Notes: generated by a model not told the origin, from the sequence alone. A stretch of 64,000 nucleotides of DNA from Candidatus Xenobia bacterium (GCA_045863235.1 BTUM01000001.1:288001-352000), one strand, 5' to 3'. Counted from the first letter of the stretch, positions 44,376 through 56,326 are shown. Program-made: numbers and translations.

Positions 44376-47300
44376 CTAAGCCGTTGCAGCCACAGCGTTG
44401 CGGGCCACCTCGAGCACGCGAGCGTTCAGGGCTTCGGTGGGCAGCGTCACCAGCTCCGACACAGACAACTCCTCGAGGTAGCTGTCGTGCCACTCCATGT
44501 CGGTCTCGGTCACGAAGCTCTTGAGATCGTCGTAGCGCTGGGCCATGTCGCGCAGCAGGGCCACCTTGCGAGCCAGGGGCAGCTCCTGGAACTCGAGATG
44601 GAAAAGGACCAGCGTCTCCACCTTGCCGCGCGGAATCACCGGCAGAATGACGATCGGCTTGAGATCCTTGCCTCCCCGGCCGATGTAGCCCGCCCGGGTC
44701 CGCACCACTTTCTCCTTGGTGCCCATCAGGTGGTGCGGATGGTCGGCCCGCGAGCGCAGATTCCTGGCTGCACCCAGCTTGGTCAGCACCTGCAGGCTCG
44801 AGGTGGCCGTGGGCTCTCCCATCGGGCCCAGGCCGCTGACACGGTACTCGGTGACTCCGACCACCTCGCTGATGGCCGGGCTGATGGCCCGCAGTAACAT
44901 CAGGTCGCGGTAGGGGATGGATTCGAGCGAGACCTTCAAATCGCGCAGACCGTCGAACAGCGGACCGACCAGCGTCTCCTCTGAGCGAGAGATCCCCACC
45001 GTGATGGTCTTGGCCTGATGCTTGATGGCATCGATGGGCCTGGCCAGCTCGTTGATGGCCGTGGTCAAGTTGGCGATCAGGGTGGCGGCCATCCCCTCGG
45101 AGGTGCCCGGGGCATCGAACTCGGCCCGGAACTGCCTCAGCGGTTGGGCTCCGGTGAAGTAGCGGAACAGCAACGAAAGTCGCGCCCCCACGTCCACGGA
45201 GAGTGAGCTGTTAAAAGCCCCACGCGAGAGCCGCTCCTGGAACTGGCGTCCCAGTGTGATCACCTGGCGCCAGACGGCCGAGCCGGGCGAACTGTCCGGG
45301 CGGGTGGTCATGTACTTGACGGCCAGGGCTCGAGCCGGACGCAGCTGGGCGGCCCCCTGATCGATGGCCAGCGCGCAATAGTAGCCCCACAGATGCCCTA
45401 CCAGAGTGTTGAGAAGCACGGAAGCGTTCTCGGAGGCCTTAGGCACGTAGATCACGCCGGCCGCGTAAGACTCGAAGGCGTCGAAGCCCTCCGAGCAGAT
45501 CACGATGGGCACCGACTTGTGTGACTTGAAGATGGCCACCTCTTTGACCGCGTCCTTGAGCGCCACCAGCGGCAATCCGGCGGCGCAGATCAGCGTCAGC
45601 GGCTCGCTGGAGAGATCGATATGCTTCTTGTCCTCGATGTAATCGGTAGCGATCGACTTGTAGCAGAGCTCGCTGAGCTTGATGCGGATCTCGTCGGCGG
45701 CGGCCCGGGTGGAGCCGCTGCCGACCACCGCCCAGTCGCGCCGGGTGGGGGCCCAGGCTTCGGCCAGCTGGCTGACCACCGAGTGGTCGGCCAGCACCGA
45801 CTTCATCAGGTCGGGAAGCTGCAGGAGCGACTCCAGCTCGTGAAAAGCTTCTTCCTGGCCCAGCGTCCCCATCAGGATGCCCATCTGGTAGGCCAGCAGA
45901 TAGCCAGCCACCACCTGGCTGTAGAAAGCCTTGGTGGAGGCGACGGACATCTCGATGTCGCGCCCGTCTGAGGTATAAAGGACCCCATCCACCTTGTAGA
46001 CCAGGTCGGAGTTTCGCCGGTTGACGATGGCCAGCACGGAAGCGCCCTTGCTTTTGACCAGATCCACCGTCCGATTGGTATCGGTGGTGGTGCCCGACTG
46101 CGAGATAGCGATCACCAGGCAGCTCGTCATATCCGCGAGCATGGAGTAGCCGGAAAGCTCGGTCGCTTTCATGGCCCGAACGTCCACCGAGCTTCCCACC
46201 ACACGCTGCATCATCGAGGCCACCGCCTGACCGGCCACGGCAGCCGTGCCCTGGCCAATCAGCAGAACGTGCTTGAGCTCTCTTTGCTTGAGCCGCTCGG
46301 CCAGGGTGGCCGGAAAGACATCCTCGCCCAGCCGCATGGTCACGGCCGGGGGGTTCTCCTCCAGGACAAACTTGCCGCGCAGAGTCTTGCGCACCGACTC
46401 GGGCGACTCGGAGATCTCCTTGAGCAAGAAATGCTCGAATGGCCCGCGGTTGATGTCACGGGTGGTGATCTCGGCCACCTTGATCTGCTCGGGGGTCAGC
46501 TCCAGCCGATGGCCGTCGAACGACCAGGCCTCGATACCCTCGAGCTCGTGCAGCTTCTTCGCGTCCAGCACCAGAATCTGTCCGGCTGTCTCGGGGCGGC
46601 CTGCCTCGCGCTCGGTGGTGCCGTCCATGCGCAAGAAGCGCGAGGTCTGCTCCACCACCCCGTAGAGCTCGGAGGCAAAGGTGTATCCGTGGGGCCCGAT
46701 GCCCACGAACATGCTCTGGCCGCTGCCGCGCAGGGCCAGGTAGGTGCGGTCGGGCTCGTGAGTGGAGTGCATTACCACCGCAATGGAGCCTTCGCACTCT
46801 TGCATGGCCCGGCAGAAGGCCTCGCGCATGTTACCGGTCTCGCGGAAATAGGACTCCACCAGCACCGGGATGATCTTGGTATCGGTGGTGATGGGGGCCG
46901 AAATGGTGCGGCCGCTCTCGCGAGCCAGACGCGCCTGCAGCTCGATGTGGTTGTCCACGTCCCCGTTCAGGGCGGCCAGAATGCGGGGAGAGCCTTCGCG
47001 CGGCTGCTCGCGATCGCATCCCGAGGGGACCGTCAGCTCATTGACCGGGTGACAGTTGGGCTCGCTGATGATGCCGTTGGAGGCCCAGCGCGTGTGGCTG
47101 AAGAGGTTGGTGCGCACATCGGGGTCGCTGAGCACCCGCCAGAAAAAGCGATCCTCCAGGATGCTGTGGGCCAGGGCGGCCACATTGTCGCCCAGGGCCC
47201 CGACCTCCTGGGCCACCTTGAAGGTGAAAATCAAGGCGTTGGGTTCCTCGAGCACGGCGCCATCCACGAAGTCCGCCTGACCCAGGCGAGAACGCCATTC

Positions 47301-47900
47301 CGCCTGCCTTCCTTCCTGCTCGATCCACTCGTGAAAGCGTTGCAGGCCCTCGCGTTCGGAGAAGGTTGCCAGGATGGAGAGCCCGAGAGAATCTCGCCCA
47401 CGCACCTCCAGGCGGCCGATGTTCTCGAGGACACAAGAGAGCTTCCAGGCCTCGAACTGGGCTTTGGAGTTGTGCTGATAGGCGGCCGGGATCAGGCGAC
47501 GCAGGCGCTCGATCCCAGCCAGGATGTCGCGCTCGGCCGTCCAGGCCAGATCGCGGGCCCTAACCCAGAGGGCGTTCCAGCGCTCAACCACTTCGGTGGA
47601 GATCTGCTTGCCCTGCTGCAGCACCAGTGTCTGGCTGCGCACCTCCCAGTCGCCCAGGGTCTGGCTGCATTCCGCCAGCAAGGCCTGATGGTTGGCATCC
47701 TCAAGCAGCTCGCGCAGCACGGAGAACTCGCGCAGAATCGGCGTGTGCTCTTCCAGCGCCAGCAGGGGCGCCTCGAAAGTCTGTGGCTGGAAGGGATCGA
47801 CCGCCAGATGAGTCAGCTCTTCCAGGGCAGCGCGATACCCTTTCCAGTCCATCACCGCCTGGCCGGTAGCGTCGTAGAGAATTCCGGCTATTCCGCACAT
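44376..47900 (-). CDS. Giant GlmS-like protein (Ntn glutamine amidotransferase plus two SIS domains plus extra domains)
   Basis: MCGIAG, RGRDS, HTRWA, NGDVDN, TDT, SQSGTT and VASTKAF motifs; 1174 aa. Confidence 0.85.
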   Translation of the reverse strand: MCGIAGILYDATGQAVMDWKGYRAALEELTHLAVDPFQPQTFEAPLLALEEHTPILREFSVLRELLEDANHQALLAECSQTLGDWEVRSQTLVLQQGKQISTEVVERWNALWVRARDLAWTAERDILAGIERLRRLIPAAYQHNSKAQFEAWKLSCVLENIGRLEVRGRDSLGLSILATFSEREGLQRFHEWIEQEGRQAEWRSRLGQADFVDGAVLEEPNALIFTFKVAQEVGALGDNVAALAHSILEDRFFWRVLSDPDVRTNLFSHTRWASNGIISEPNCHPVNELTVPSGCDREQPREGSPRILAALNGDVDNHIELQARLARESGRTISAPITTDTKIIPVLVESYFRETGNMREAFCRAMQECEGSIAVVMHSTHEPDRTYLALRGSGQSMFVGIGPHGYTFASELYGVVEQTSRFLRMDGTTEREAGRPETAGQILVLDAKKLHELEGIEAWSFDGHRLELTPEQIKVAEITTRDINRGPFEHFLLKEISESPESVRKTLRGKFVLEENPPAVTMRLGEDVFPATLAERLKQRELKHVLLIGQGTAAVAGQAVASMMQRVVGSSVDVRAMKATELSGYSMLADMTSCLVIAISQSGTTTDTNRTVDLVKSKGASVLAIVNRRNSDLVYKVDGVLYTSDGRDIEMSVASTKAFYSQVVAGYLLAYQMGILMGTLGQEEAFHELESLLQLPDLMKSVLADHSVVSQLAEAWAPTRRDWAVVGSGSTRAAADEIRIKLSELCYKSIATDYIEDKKHIDLSSEPLTLICAAGLPLVALKDAVKEVAIFKSHKSVPIVICSEGFDAFESYAAGVIYVPKASENASVLLNTLVGHLWGYYCALAIDQGAAQLRPARALAVKYMTTRPDSSPGSAVWRQVITLGRQFQERLSRGAFNSSLSVDVGARLSLLFRYFTGAQPLRQFRAEFDAPGTSEGMAATLIANLTTAINELARPIDAIKHQAKTITVGISRSEETLVGPLFDGLRDLKVSLESIPYRDLMLLRAISPAISEVVGVTEYRVSGLGPMGEPTATSSLQVLTKLGAARNLRSRADHPHHLMGTKEKVVRTRAGYIGRGGKDLKPIVILPVIPRGKVETLVLFHLEFQELPLARKVALLRDMAQRYDDLKSFVTETDMEWHDSYLEELSVSELVTLPTEALNARVLEVARNAVAATA

Positions 47901-48017
47901 GACTACGTTTCCTCCGCGCGCCTGAAGGCTGGCGCTTGCAGTGTATAGTTGACCCACCCTCGAAATTCCTGTCTGGGGGAAAAGGATCCGCGTGGGACGG
48001 GCAGAACCGGCCCGCCC

Positions 48018-49052
48018 ATGGCTCTCGCAATCGGTATCACTGGCCTGGCTCAGTCGGGCAAGTCCAGTCTCTTTCAGGCCCTGACGGCCGCCTCCCAGGG
48101 CGACGTAGGAGGCAAACGCCTGCCGATGGCGCGCGCTCCCGTGCCCGACGAGCGACTCGACCGCCTGAGCGCTATCTTCAACCCCAAGAAGACCACCCCG
48201 GCCACGGTCGACTTCCTGGACATGCCGGGCGGCTCAGGAACCGGCCTGGGGGACCAGGCCCTGGGCGAGATCCGCACGGCCACGGCCCTGGTCGAGGTGG
48301 TGCGCTGCTTCCCCCACGGCTACCTGGGCGAGCCCACTCCCCAGAAGGATATGGAAGACTTCGAGCTGGAGATCATGCTCGCCGATCTGAAGATCGTGGA
48401 AGGCCGGTTGGAGCGCGCCAAGAAGCTGACCCCTCCCGAGAAGGCCGTGCTGGAGCGACTGCAGCCCCCCCTGGCGGCTGGCGACTTCACCGCTCTGCCC
48501 CAGTTTGACGCCGAGGAGCTGAAACTGCTCTCGGGCATGGGTTTGCTCTCGCTCAAGCCCCGCATCTACTGCGCCAACCTGGCCGAAGACCTGATGGGCA
48601 AGAACAGCGAGCACGAGCAGACGGTCCGGGCTATGGCCGCCCGCCGGGGCACCCAGGCCATCGCTACCAGCGCCCTGCTCGAATCCGAGGTGGCCCAGCT
48701 CGATCCCGAGGAGCGGCAGGCCTTCCTGCAGGACCTGGGCATCCAGGAGACAGGCCTCTCTCAACTGGTGCGAGCCAGTTATGAACGGCTGGGCTTGATG
48801 ACGTTCTTCACGGTGGGCGAGGACGAGTGCCGCGCCTGGACCGTGCGCCAGCACGCCCGCGCCCCCGAGGCGGCCGGCGCCATCCACTCCGACCTCGAGC
48901 GCGGCTTCATCCGGGCCGAGGTGATCGGCTACGACACCTTCCTGGCCTGCGGCTCGATGGCCGCCGCCAAGGACCAGGGCAAACTGCGCGTGGAGGGCAA
49001 GGAGTACGAGGTGCACGAGGGGGAGATTGTGCACATTCGTTTCAACGTTTAG
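48018..49052 (+). CDS. ychF: YchF/Obg-family ATPase
   Basis: GITGLAQSGKS, VPDERL, TFFTVG, AGAIHSDLERGFIRAEV and EGKEY motifs. Confidence 0.9.
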   Translation: MALAIGITGLAQSGKSSLFQALTAASQGDVGGKRLPMARAPVPDERLDRLSAIFNPKKTTPATVDFLDMPGGSGTGLGDQALGEIRTATALVEVVRCFPHGYLGEPTPQKDMEDFELEIMLADLKIVEGRLERAKKLTPPEKAVLERLQPPLAAGDFTALPQFDAEELKLLSGMGLLSLKPRIYCANLAEDLMGKNSEHEQTVRAMAARRGTQAIATSALLESEVAQLDPEERQAFLQDLGIQETGLSQLVRASYERLGLMTFFTVGEDECRAWTVRQHARAPEAAGAIHSDLERGFIRAEVIGYDTFLACGSMAAAKDQGKLRVEGKEYEVHEGEIVHIRFNV

Positions 49053-49106
49053 CATCTCTTTACTGAGCCACGCAGGGAGCATGCCGGGGTGGGGGAAATC
49101 CTTCTC

Positions 49107-50168
<1,062 letters not shown>

Positions 50169-50211
50169 CAGGTGATGCCCTACACAACCGGTTTTGCATC
50201 AGCCTGCAAGA

Positions 50212-50682
50212 CTACCAGATCTTATCCAGCTTGTCGGCGTAATAATGGAGCGCCCGACCGTAGGCCAGGATGCGCTCGTCACCCGTGGTCTCGAGCAACT
50301 GGGTCAAGAGGATCTCCATGGCCCGCTCAGAGCGACCCAGGTTGTAATAAGCCAGCGCGCTGAACACCTTGAGAGCCCGATCGTCGGGAAATTGCTCGCT
50401 GGCCCGGGACAACAGCTCCAGCGAATCGTGGTAGCGCCCCAAACAGCGGTAGGTGCTGCCCAGGCCGACGTAGGCCCCTCGCAGCTCCTCTCCTTCCAGC
50501 CCCTGCTCGATGGCCCGCTCGTAATATTGCACCGCTTCGCTCTCGCGGCCCAGCTTGTCGTGGGTCCAGGCGCACTGATACAAGACTTCCGGGTCGTCGG
50601 GATGCTCCGAGCAGAGAGCGAGGATCCCCTCGAGATCCCCGGCTTCCCGCAGAGTGACGGCTCTCTGCAACACTTCTCTCAT
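50212..50682 (-). CDS. Tetratricopeptide-repeat protein
   Basis: AWTHDKLGRESEAVQYYERA and GLGSTYRCLG repeats. Confidence 0.85.
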   Translation of the reverse strand: MREVLQRAVTLREAGDLEGILALCSEHPDDPEVLYQCAWTHDKLGRESEAVQYYERAIEQGLEGEELRGAYVGLGSTYRCLGRYHDSLELLSRASEQFPDDRALKVFSALAYYNLGRSERAMEILLTQLLETTGDERILAYGRALHYYADKLDKIW

Positions 50683-50726
50683 TGAAGGAAATTCAGCCCT
50701 TCCTGACAAACTTTCATCGACCAGCC

Positions 50727-53700
50727 ATGTACCTGAAACGTTTAGAGCTTTCCGGCTTCAAAACCTTTGCCGACAAGATCGACCTGGAGTTGCCCCGAGG
50801 CTTTCTGGCCGTGGTCGGCCCCAACGGAAGCGGCAAGAGCAACCTCACCGACGCGCTGCGCTTCTGCCTGGGCGAGCAGAGCCTCAAAGTGCTGCGGGCC
50901 AACAAAGCCGAAGAGCTGATCTTCGCCGGCACCAATAACCGGCGTCCGGCCCCCTTTTGCGAAGTGAGCGCGGTGTTCGACAACTCCGACGGCCATCTAC
51001 CGGTCGATTTCGCAGAGGTTTCCATCACCCGCCGCATCGAGCGCAGCGGCGACACCAAGTATTTCATCAACCGCACCACCTGCCGGCTCAAGGACATCCA
51101 CGAGCTCTTGATGGGCAGCGGCATCGGTCCGGGCTCGTTCTCGGTCCTGGGCGGGCGCGAGGTGGACCGGGTGCTGTCCACCGACCCCAAGGAGCGGCGA
51201 ATGATGCTCGAGGAGACGGCCGGCGTCAACCGCTACCGCTTCCGCAAGCAGGAAGCCGAGCGGCGCCTGCAGCGCACGGCCGCCAACCTGACCCGGCTCA
51301 AGGACATCCTGATCGAGGTCGAGCAACAGTGGGAGGAGAGCAAGAAGCAGCTCGCCCGCTACGAGCGCTACAAGAAAGCCCAGGACGAGCTGAAAGAGCT
51401 CGATTGCCAGGTGGCCCACTTCGACTACAGCCAGCTGGAAGGAAAGCGCGTCCTGCTGCAGGGCCGCGTGGAGGAGCTGGAGGGGGTGGCGACCGCCAGC
51501 GCCGCCAGCGAAGCCGAGCTCTCCACCAGGCTCGAGCTCCTGCAGGAGAAGCGGACCACGCAGGAGGCTGAACGCGAGCGCCAGGGCGCCGAACTGGCCG
51601 CCATGCGCGAGGAGTCCGTGGCCAAGAAGGCCGCCTACGACGGGCTCTTCGGACGGGCCCGCGATCTGGAGCATTCGGCCCGGGTAGCCGAAGAGCGCCT
51701 GCAAGCGGCTCAGGACCGGCTGACCCTGCGCAGCCACGACCTGGACCGGTTGGGACGCGAGCGTCCTCGCCTGCTGGCCGAGGTCGCCGAGGCAGAAGAG
51801 CGCGTGAGGAAGCTGCGCGCCGAGTGGGAAGCGCTGCCCTTGCCCGGCCAGGGGGCCCACGGCGACCTGCGCGCCAAATTGCAGCAACTCGACCAGGAGC
51901 TGAGCCGCCTGATGGCCCGGGTCGAGAGCCTGCAGACCCGACTGGATACCGACCAGCGCCGCATGGACGAGATCGAGGCTTTGAGCCTGGCCGCCCGGGG
52001 TGAAGCCGGCGAGGCGGTCGATCTGGCTCCTCTGGTGGGCGACGCCGAAGGGCGCCTGAATGCGGCCCTGGAACGGCAGAAGGAGCTGCAGACCGCCTGG
52101 ACCGCCAGCGAGAAAGACCTGATGGACGCGCGCAACAACCGCAAGGTGCTCGAGAACGAGCGTCGGCCGCTGTTCACGCGCTGCACCGAGCTCGAATCCT
52201 TCCTGGAGGACCGCAGTGGCATGCCGGCCGCGGTGCGGGCGGTGATGGCCTGGAAACAGCCCGGCACCGTCGGGCTGGTGGGCGAGTTGATCAAAGTGCG
52301 CGAGGGCATGGAAGTGGCCGTGGAGGCCGCCCTGGGCGGACATATGCACGACGTCATCACGCGTGACCGCAGCACCGCCTCGGGGCTGATCGAGCGGCTC
52401 AAGCAAGAGCGCATCGGGCGGGTCACCTTCTGGCCCCTGGACCTCTCGCGCAAGGCCGCTCCCAAACCTGAGCTGCCCTCGCGCCAGGGGGTCGTGGGGC
52501 TGGCCCTGGAGCTGATCGGCTACCCCAAGGAAATCCTGCCGGTGCTGGAAGAGATGCTCGGGCGCACGGTCTTCATGGAGGACCTGCCCTCGGCCCTGGC
52601 GCTCTACGATCGTGGCTTCGGGCGCAGACCCCACCTGGTCACCTTGCAGGGTGAGTACCTGTCCCCCAGCGGCGCCCTGACGGGCGGCAGCCTGGCCCAG
52701 AACCGTTCCAACCTGCTCACACGTCGGCGCCAGCTCGAAGACGCTCGGGCCTCTCTCAACGGGCTGGAGAAGCGCCTGCTAGAGCAGCAAGAGCGTGAAG
52801 AGCACGTGCAGAAGCTGCGCTATGAGCTGGAGCGCGAGAAAGCCCTGTTGGACGAGGAGATCCGCAAGCTGCGCCAGGAGGTGGGCGACCTGACCGCCCA
52901 GCAGCGCCGCCACGAGGCTGACCAGGAGCGTTCCACCAGGGCTCTGGAGAAGCTTGAAGCCGAGCGAGCCGAGCTTGTGCGGCGGGGCGAGCAGTGGGCC
53001 GCCGAGCTGACCCAGTCGGATATCGACCGCGAGCGTCTGCAAGCTGAGCAGGAGAAGACCCGCGAGCTTCAGGCCCAGAACCAGGAGGAGGAGGCCCGCC
53101 GTCAGGTAGCCCGCGAGCGCATGCAGCAACAGGTGCTGGAAGCCGAGCTCGACCTGCAGCGCTGCCAGCAAAAACAGCATGAGCTCGACCGTGAGCTGGC
53201 CTCTATCCAGGCTCGCGCCGACGAGCTGGCGGCCGACCAGGCCCAGGCCCGGGCCGAGCAGGAGCGCTGCTTGCAGGCCCGCAAGGACCTGGAGACGGAA
53301 GGCGCCCAGCTGCAGCAAGACCTGGCCCGCCTGGAGGTGGAGCTGGTCACCCGCTCCACCGCCCTGGAAGAGCTGAAGAGCTCGCTGGCGGCCGTGGACC
53401 GCGAGCTGGGCGAGCTGAAGAAGCAGCATCACGAGGTGGCAGCGAGCGCGGCTGAGCAAGGCCGCAAGCTGCACTCACTGCAGGTGGAGCTGGCCGGAGT
53501 GCAGGCCCGGGCCGAGGAGGCCCTGGCCCGGGTGGAGGAGCTTGGGCTGAGCCTGGACGAGCCCCCGGAGCTACCCGAAGGGATCGACCTGGACAAGATC
53601 CGCACTCAAGCCCAGCGGGTCAAAAGCTATCTGGAGAACTTCGGCAGCGTCAACCTGGGGGCCCGGGAAGACTTCGAGCGCCTGCAAGGACGCCAGGCCG

Positions 53701-54275
53701 ACCTGACCACCCAGATCGCCGACCTGGAGGAGGGCTCCGCCAGCCTGCGCCAGATCATGGCCGAGATGGACGCGGCCACCGTGGAGCAGTTCCAGGCCTC
53801 GTTCACGGCTGTCAACGAGACCTTTAGCCGCATGTACACCGAGCTCTTCGGGGGGGGCACGGCCCAGCTCGAGCTGACCAACCCGGCCGACGTGCTCGAA
53901 TCGGGGGTGGAGATCGTGGCCCGCCCCCCGGGTAAGAAGGTGCAGAACCTGACGTTAATGTCCTCGGGCGAGCGGGCCCTGTCGGCCATCGCCTTCCTGC
54001 TGGCCTTGCTGGCTCACCGTCCCAGCCCCATCGTCATCCTGGACGAGCTGGACGCCCCCCTGGACGACTCCAACGTGGAGAAGGTGGCCGCCCGCCTGCT
54101 CGAGTTCTCGACCTCCTCGCAGTTCCTCTGCATCACCCATAACCGCAAGACAATGGAGTTTGCTGACCGGCTCTACGGCGTCACTATGGAAGAGCCTGGC
54201 GTGAGTCGGATGCTGACAGTGACCCTCAGCGGTCAGCCAGTCAGCGAGCCCCAGGCCCAGGAGGTGACCGCGTGA
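50727..54275 (+). CDS. smc: Chromosome segregation protein SMC
   Basis: GFKTF, GPNGSGKSN, coiled coils, hinge (GRVTF, GALTGG), MSSGE signature, DELDAPLD and ITH. Confidence 0.97.
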   Translation: MYLKRLELSGFKTFADKIDLELPRGFLAVVGPNGSGKSNLTDALRFCLGEQSLKVLRANKAEELIFAGTNNRRPAPFCEVSAVFDNSDGHLPVDFAEVSITRRIERSGDTKYFINRTTCRLKDIHELLMGSGIGPGSFSVLGGREVDRVLSTDPKERRMMLEETAGVNRYRFRKQEAERRLQRTAANLTRLKDILIEVEQQWEESKKQLARYERYKKAQDELKELDCQVAHFDYSQLEGKRVLLQGRVEELEGVATASAASEAELSTRLELLQEKRTTQEAERERQGAELAAMREESVAKKAAYDGLFGRARDLEHSARVAEERLQAAQDRLTLRSHDLDRLGRERPRLLAEVAEAEERVRKLRAEWEALPLPGQGAHGDLRAKLQQLDQELSRLMARVESLQTRLDTDQRRMDEIEALSLAARGEAGEAVDLAPLVGDAEGRLNAALERQKELQTAWTASEKDLMDARNNRKVLENERRPLFTRCTELESFLEDRSGMPAAVRAVMAWKQPGTVGLVGELIKVREGMEVAVEAALGGHMHDVITRDRSTASGLIERLKQERIGRVTFWPLDLSRKAAPKPELPSRQGVVGLALELIGYPKEILPVLEEMLGRTVFMEDLPSALALYDRGFGRRPHLVTLQGEYLSPSGALTGGSLAQNRSNLLTRRRQLEDARASLNGLEKRLLEQQEREEHVQKLRYELEREKALLDEEIRKLRQEVGDLTAQQRRHEADQERSTRALEKLEAERAELVRRGEQWAAELTQSDIDRERLQAEQEKTRELQAQNQEEEARRQVARERMQQQVLEAELDLQRCQQKQHELDRELASIQARADELAADQAQARAEQERCLQARKDLETEGAQLQQDLARLEVELVTRSTALEELKSSLAAVDRELGELKKQHHEVAASAAEQGRKLHSLQVELAGVQARAEEALARVEELGLSLDEPPELPEGIDLDKIRTQAQRVKSYLENFGSVNLGAREDFERLQGRQADLTTQIADLEEGSASLRQIMAEMDAATVEQFQASFTAVNETFSRMYTELFGGGTAQLELTNPADVLESGVEIVARPPGKKVQNLTLMSSGERALSAIAFLLALLAHRPSPIVILDELDAPLDDSNVEKVAARLLEFSTSSQFLCITHNRKTMEFADRLYGVTMEEPGVSRMLTVTLSGQPVSEPQAQEVTA

Positions 54276-54961
54276 GCCGCCTGCGCGAGCTGACGGGCAA
54301 GGGTCGCTTTCGCCTGATGGTGAGCCTGCCCAAGAATCGTGTGGATCTGGCCCTGGCGGCGGTCGAGGCGGGGGCCGAGATCCTCAAGGTCCACCTGAAC
54401 TGCCACCACTTCGCCTCAGACACCCGCTTCGGCAGTTGGCGGGACGAACAGCCGGTCCTGCGCAAAATCCTGGACGCGGTCCAGGTTCCGGTCGGAATCG
54501 TCACCGGTGAGGAGACCCAGCCATCGGCCGCGGAGTGGGCCGAGCTGGCCGACTTCGGGTTCGACTTCTGGGACCTCTTCGCGCGCTCTACCGCCCCGGG
54601 GTGCTTCGAGGTCCCTCGCCTGGGCCGCATGGTGGCAGTGGACGACAGCTGGACGGCAGAGATGGTGCAGGACATGGTCAAGCTGGGGGTGGATGTGTTC
54701 GAAGCCTCCATCATCCCGCGCAGCCAGTACCGAACCACCCTCAACCTGGTCGACCTGACCCGCTACGCCGCCTTGAGCCGGGCCGCCGGAGTGCCCATCA
54801 TGGTGCCCAGCCAGAAGGCCGTGCGTCCGGATGAGGTGGGCTGGTTGCGCCGGGTGGGGGCCAGCGGTATCACCATCGGGGCCATCGTCACCGGACTGGA
54901 GCTGGAGAGCCTGAGAGAGGCCACCGCCAGCTTCCGGGCCGCCATCGACGCGCTGGACTGA
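54272..54961 (+). CDS. Hypothetical TIM-barrel-like protein
   Basis: Alternating beta/alpha pattern (LMVSLP, KVHLN, VPVGIV, IMVPSQK, ITIGA); coupled to smc. Confidence 0.6.
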   Translation: MSRLRELTGKGRFRLMVSLPKNRVDLALAAVEAGAEILKVHLNCHHFASDTRFGSWRDEQPVLRKILDAVQVPVGIVTGEETQPSAAEWAELADFGFDFWDLFARSTAPGCFEVPRLGRMVAVDDSWTAEMVQDMVKLGVDVFEASIIPRSQYRTTLNLVDLTRYAALSRAAGVPIMVPSQKAVRPDEVGWLRRVGASGITIGAIVTGLELESLREATASFRAAIDALD

Positions 54962-54964
54962 GCC

Positions 54965-56326
54965 TTGTCCATCCTGCTCGTCCCGCTGGACGACCGCCCC
55001 TGCTGCACCCAGTTCGTCCAGCGCCTGGCAGCCATGGCCGGGCGGGAGCTGGTCCTCCCCGACCGACTGGGAAACTTCCTCAGCCCGGGAGACCCCGAGG
55101 CCATGCTGGCGGCCATGGACGAGCCTCACGAAGCCCTCCTGGTCTCGTTGGACATGGTGGCCTGGGGAGGGCTGGTGGCCTCCAGGGCTCAGAAGGAGCC
55201 ACTGGAAACGGCCCGAGAGCGGCTAGAAAGGGCGGCCTTGCTGGCCTCCGGCCGCCCGGCCTGCGCTTTTCAGTCCATCATGCGGACCGCGCCTACCCAG
55301 ACCAGTCGTCAGGAGGTCGAGCTGGCCGAGAAGCTGGTCGAGCTCTCGGTCCTGACGGCCCGCCGAGATCCCCGCGCCTCGGCCTTACGGGCCACCTTGC
55401 CAGCGGACTACCTGGAAGACTACCTGACTCGCCGCAAGCGGGCTCACCAGCTCAATCGCCTGGCCATCGATCAGGCTGGTCAGGGTAGCTGGAGAGAGCT
55501 TCTTCTGGGTATCGACGACAGCCGGACCGAGGGTTGGAACGTGCTGGAGATCCTGGAGTTGGAGCCGCTGCTGCCTTCGAACGCCAGCATCGCTCCGGGC
55601 ACCGACGAGATGGCCCTGCTCTTGTTCACCCGTCTGGTCAGACTGACCCGGGCCATTCAGGTCCTCTGGTTCCCTGACGAGTCCGCCCGGCGGGTGGGGC
55701 GATACGAAGACCGTTCCCTCCTGCGAGTGGTCCAGGCCCAGGCCCGTGCCGCCGGACTGACGCTGGGTGCATCCCGCCGCCAGCTCTGGGTCTACGGTCC
55801 CCTGGGGGACCAGGGGGAGGCCTGCGAGCAGCCCGCCGACGGGTCGGAACGGGCCGACGCCTTCGTCAACAAGCTGCGCGAAGGCCTGGAAGGCGGGCTC
55901 GAGATCGCCGTCGCAGACGTTGCCCATGCCAATGGCGGCGATCTGCCGCTGCTCCAATCTCTGGTGGCCTCTGGCCTGGCGCCGCAATTGATCGGCTACG
56001 CCGCCTGGAACACCGCCGGCAACACTCTGGGAACGGCTCTGAGCGTGCTGGGCTGCTGGCCCGAGCAAGCCGGGCCGGCCCAACAACGGGCGCGACTTCG
56101 ATTCTTGATGGAGCGGCTGCTCGACGACGGCTACTACCAGGCCGAGATCCGTCAGCACGGCGGAACAGCCGGACTCAAGGACGTGCCCCAAAGCCAGCTC
56201 GACTCGATCCGACGGGAGCTGAGCCAGCGACTGGACAGATTGACCAGCGCGGGATTTCCTTCCGAACGGCTTCAGGTCGAGCTTCCCTGGGGTCGCCTGT
56301 TCGAAGTGCGACTCCAGGTCGCCTAG
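54965..56326 (+). CDS. DUF4127-like protein
   Basis: VPLDDRP, DM..GGLVASR, GIDD, PGTDE, ADVA..NG, YAAWNTAGN.LG and PW.RLFE motifs. Confidence 0.8.
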   Translation: MSILLVPLDDRPCCTQFVQRLAAMAGRELVLPDRLGNFLSPGDPEAMLAAMDEPHEALLVSLDMVAWGGLVASRAQKEPLETARERLERAALLASGRPACAFQSIMRTAPTQTSRQEVELAEKLVELSVLTARRDPRASALRATLPADYLEDYLTRRKRAHQLNRLAIDQAGQGSWRELLLGIDDSRTEGWNVLEILELEPLLPSNASIAPGTDEMALLLFTRLVRLTRAIQVLWFPDESARRVGRYEDRSLLRVVQAQARAAGLTLGASRRQLWVYGPLGDQGEACEQPADGSERADAFVNKLREGLEGGLEIAVADVAHANGGDLPLLQSLVASGLAPQLIGYAAWNTAGNTLGTALSVLGCWPEQAGPAQQRARLRFLMERLLDDGYYQAEIRQHGGTAGLKDVPQSQLDSIRRELSQRLDRLTSAGFPSERLQVELPWGRLFEVRLQVA

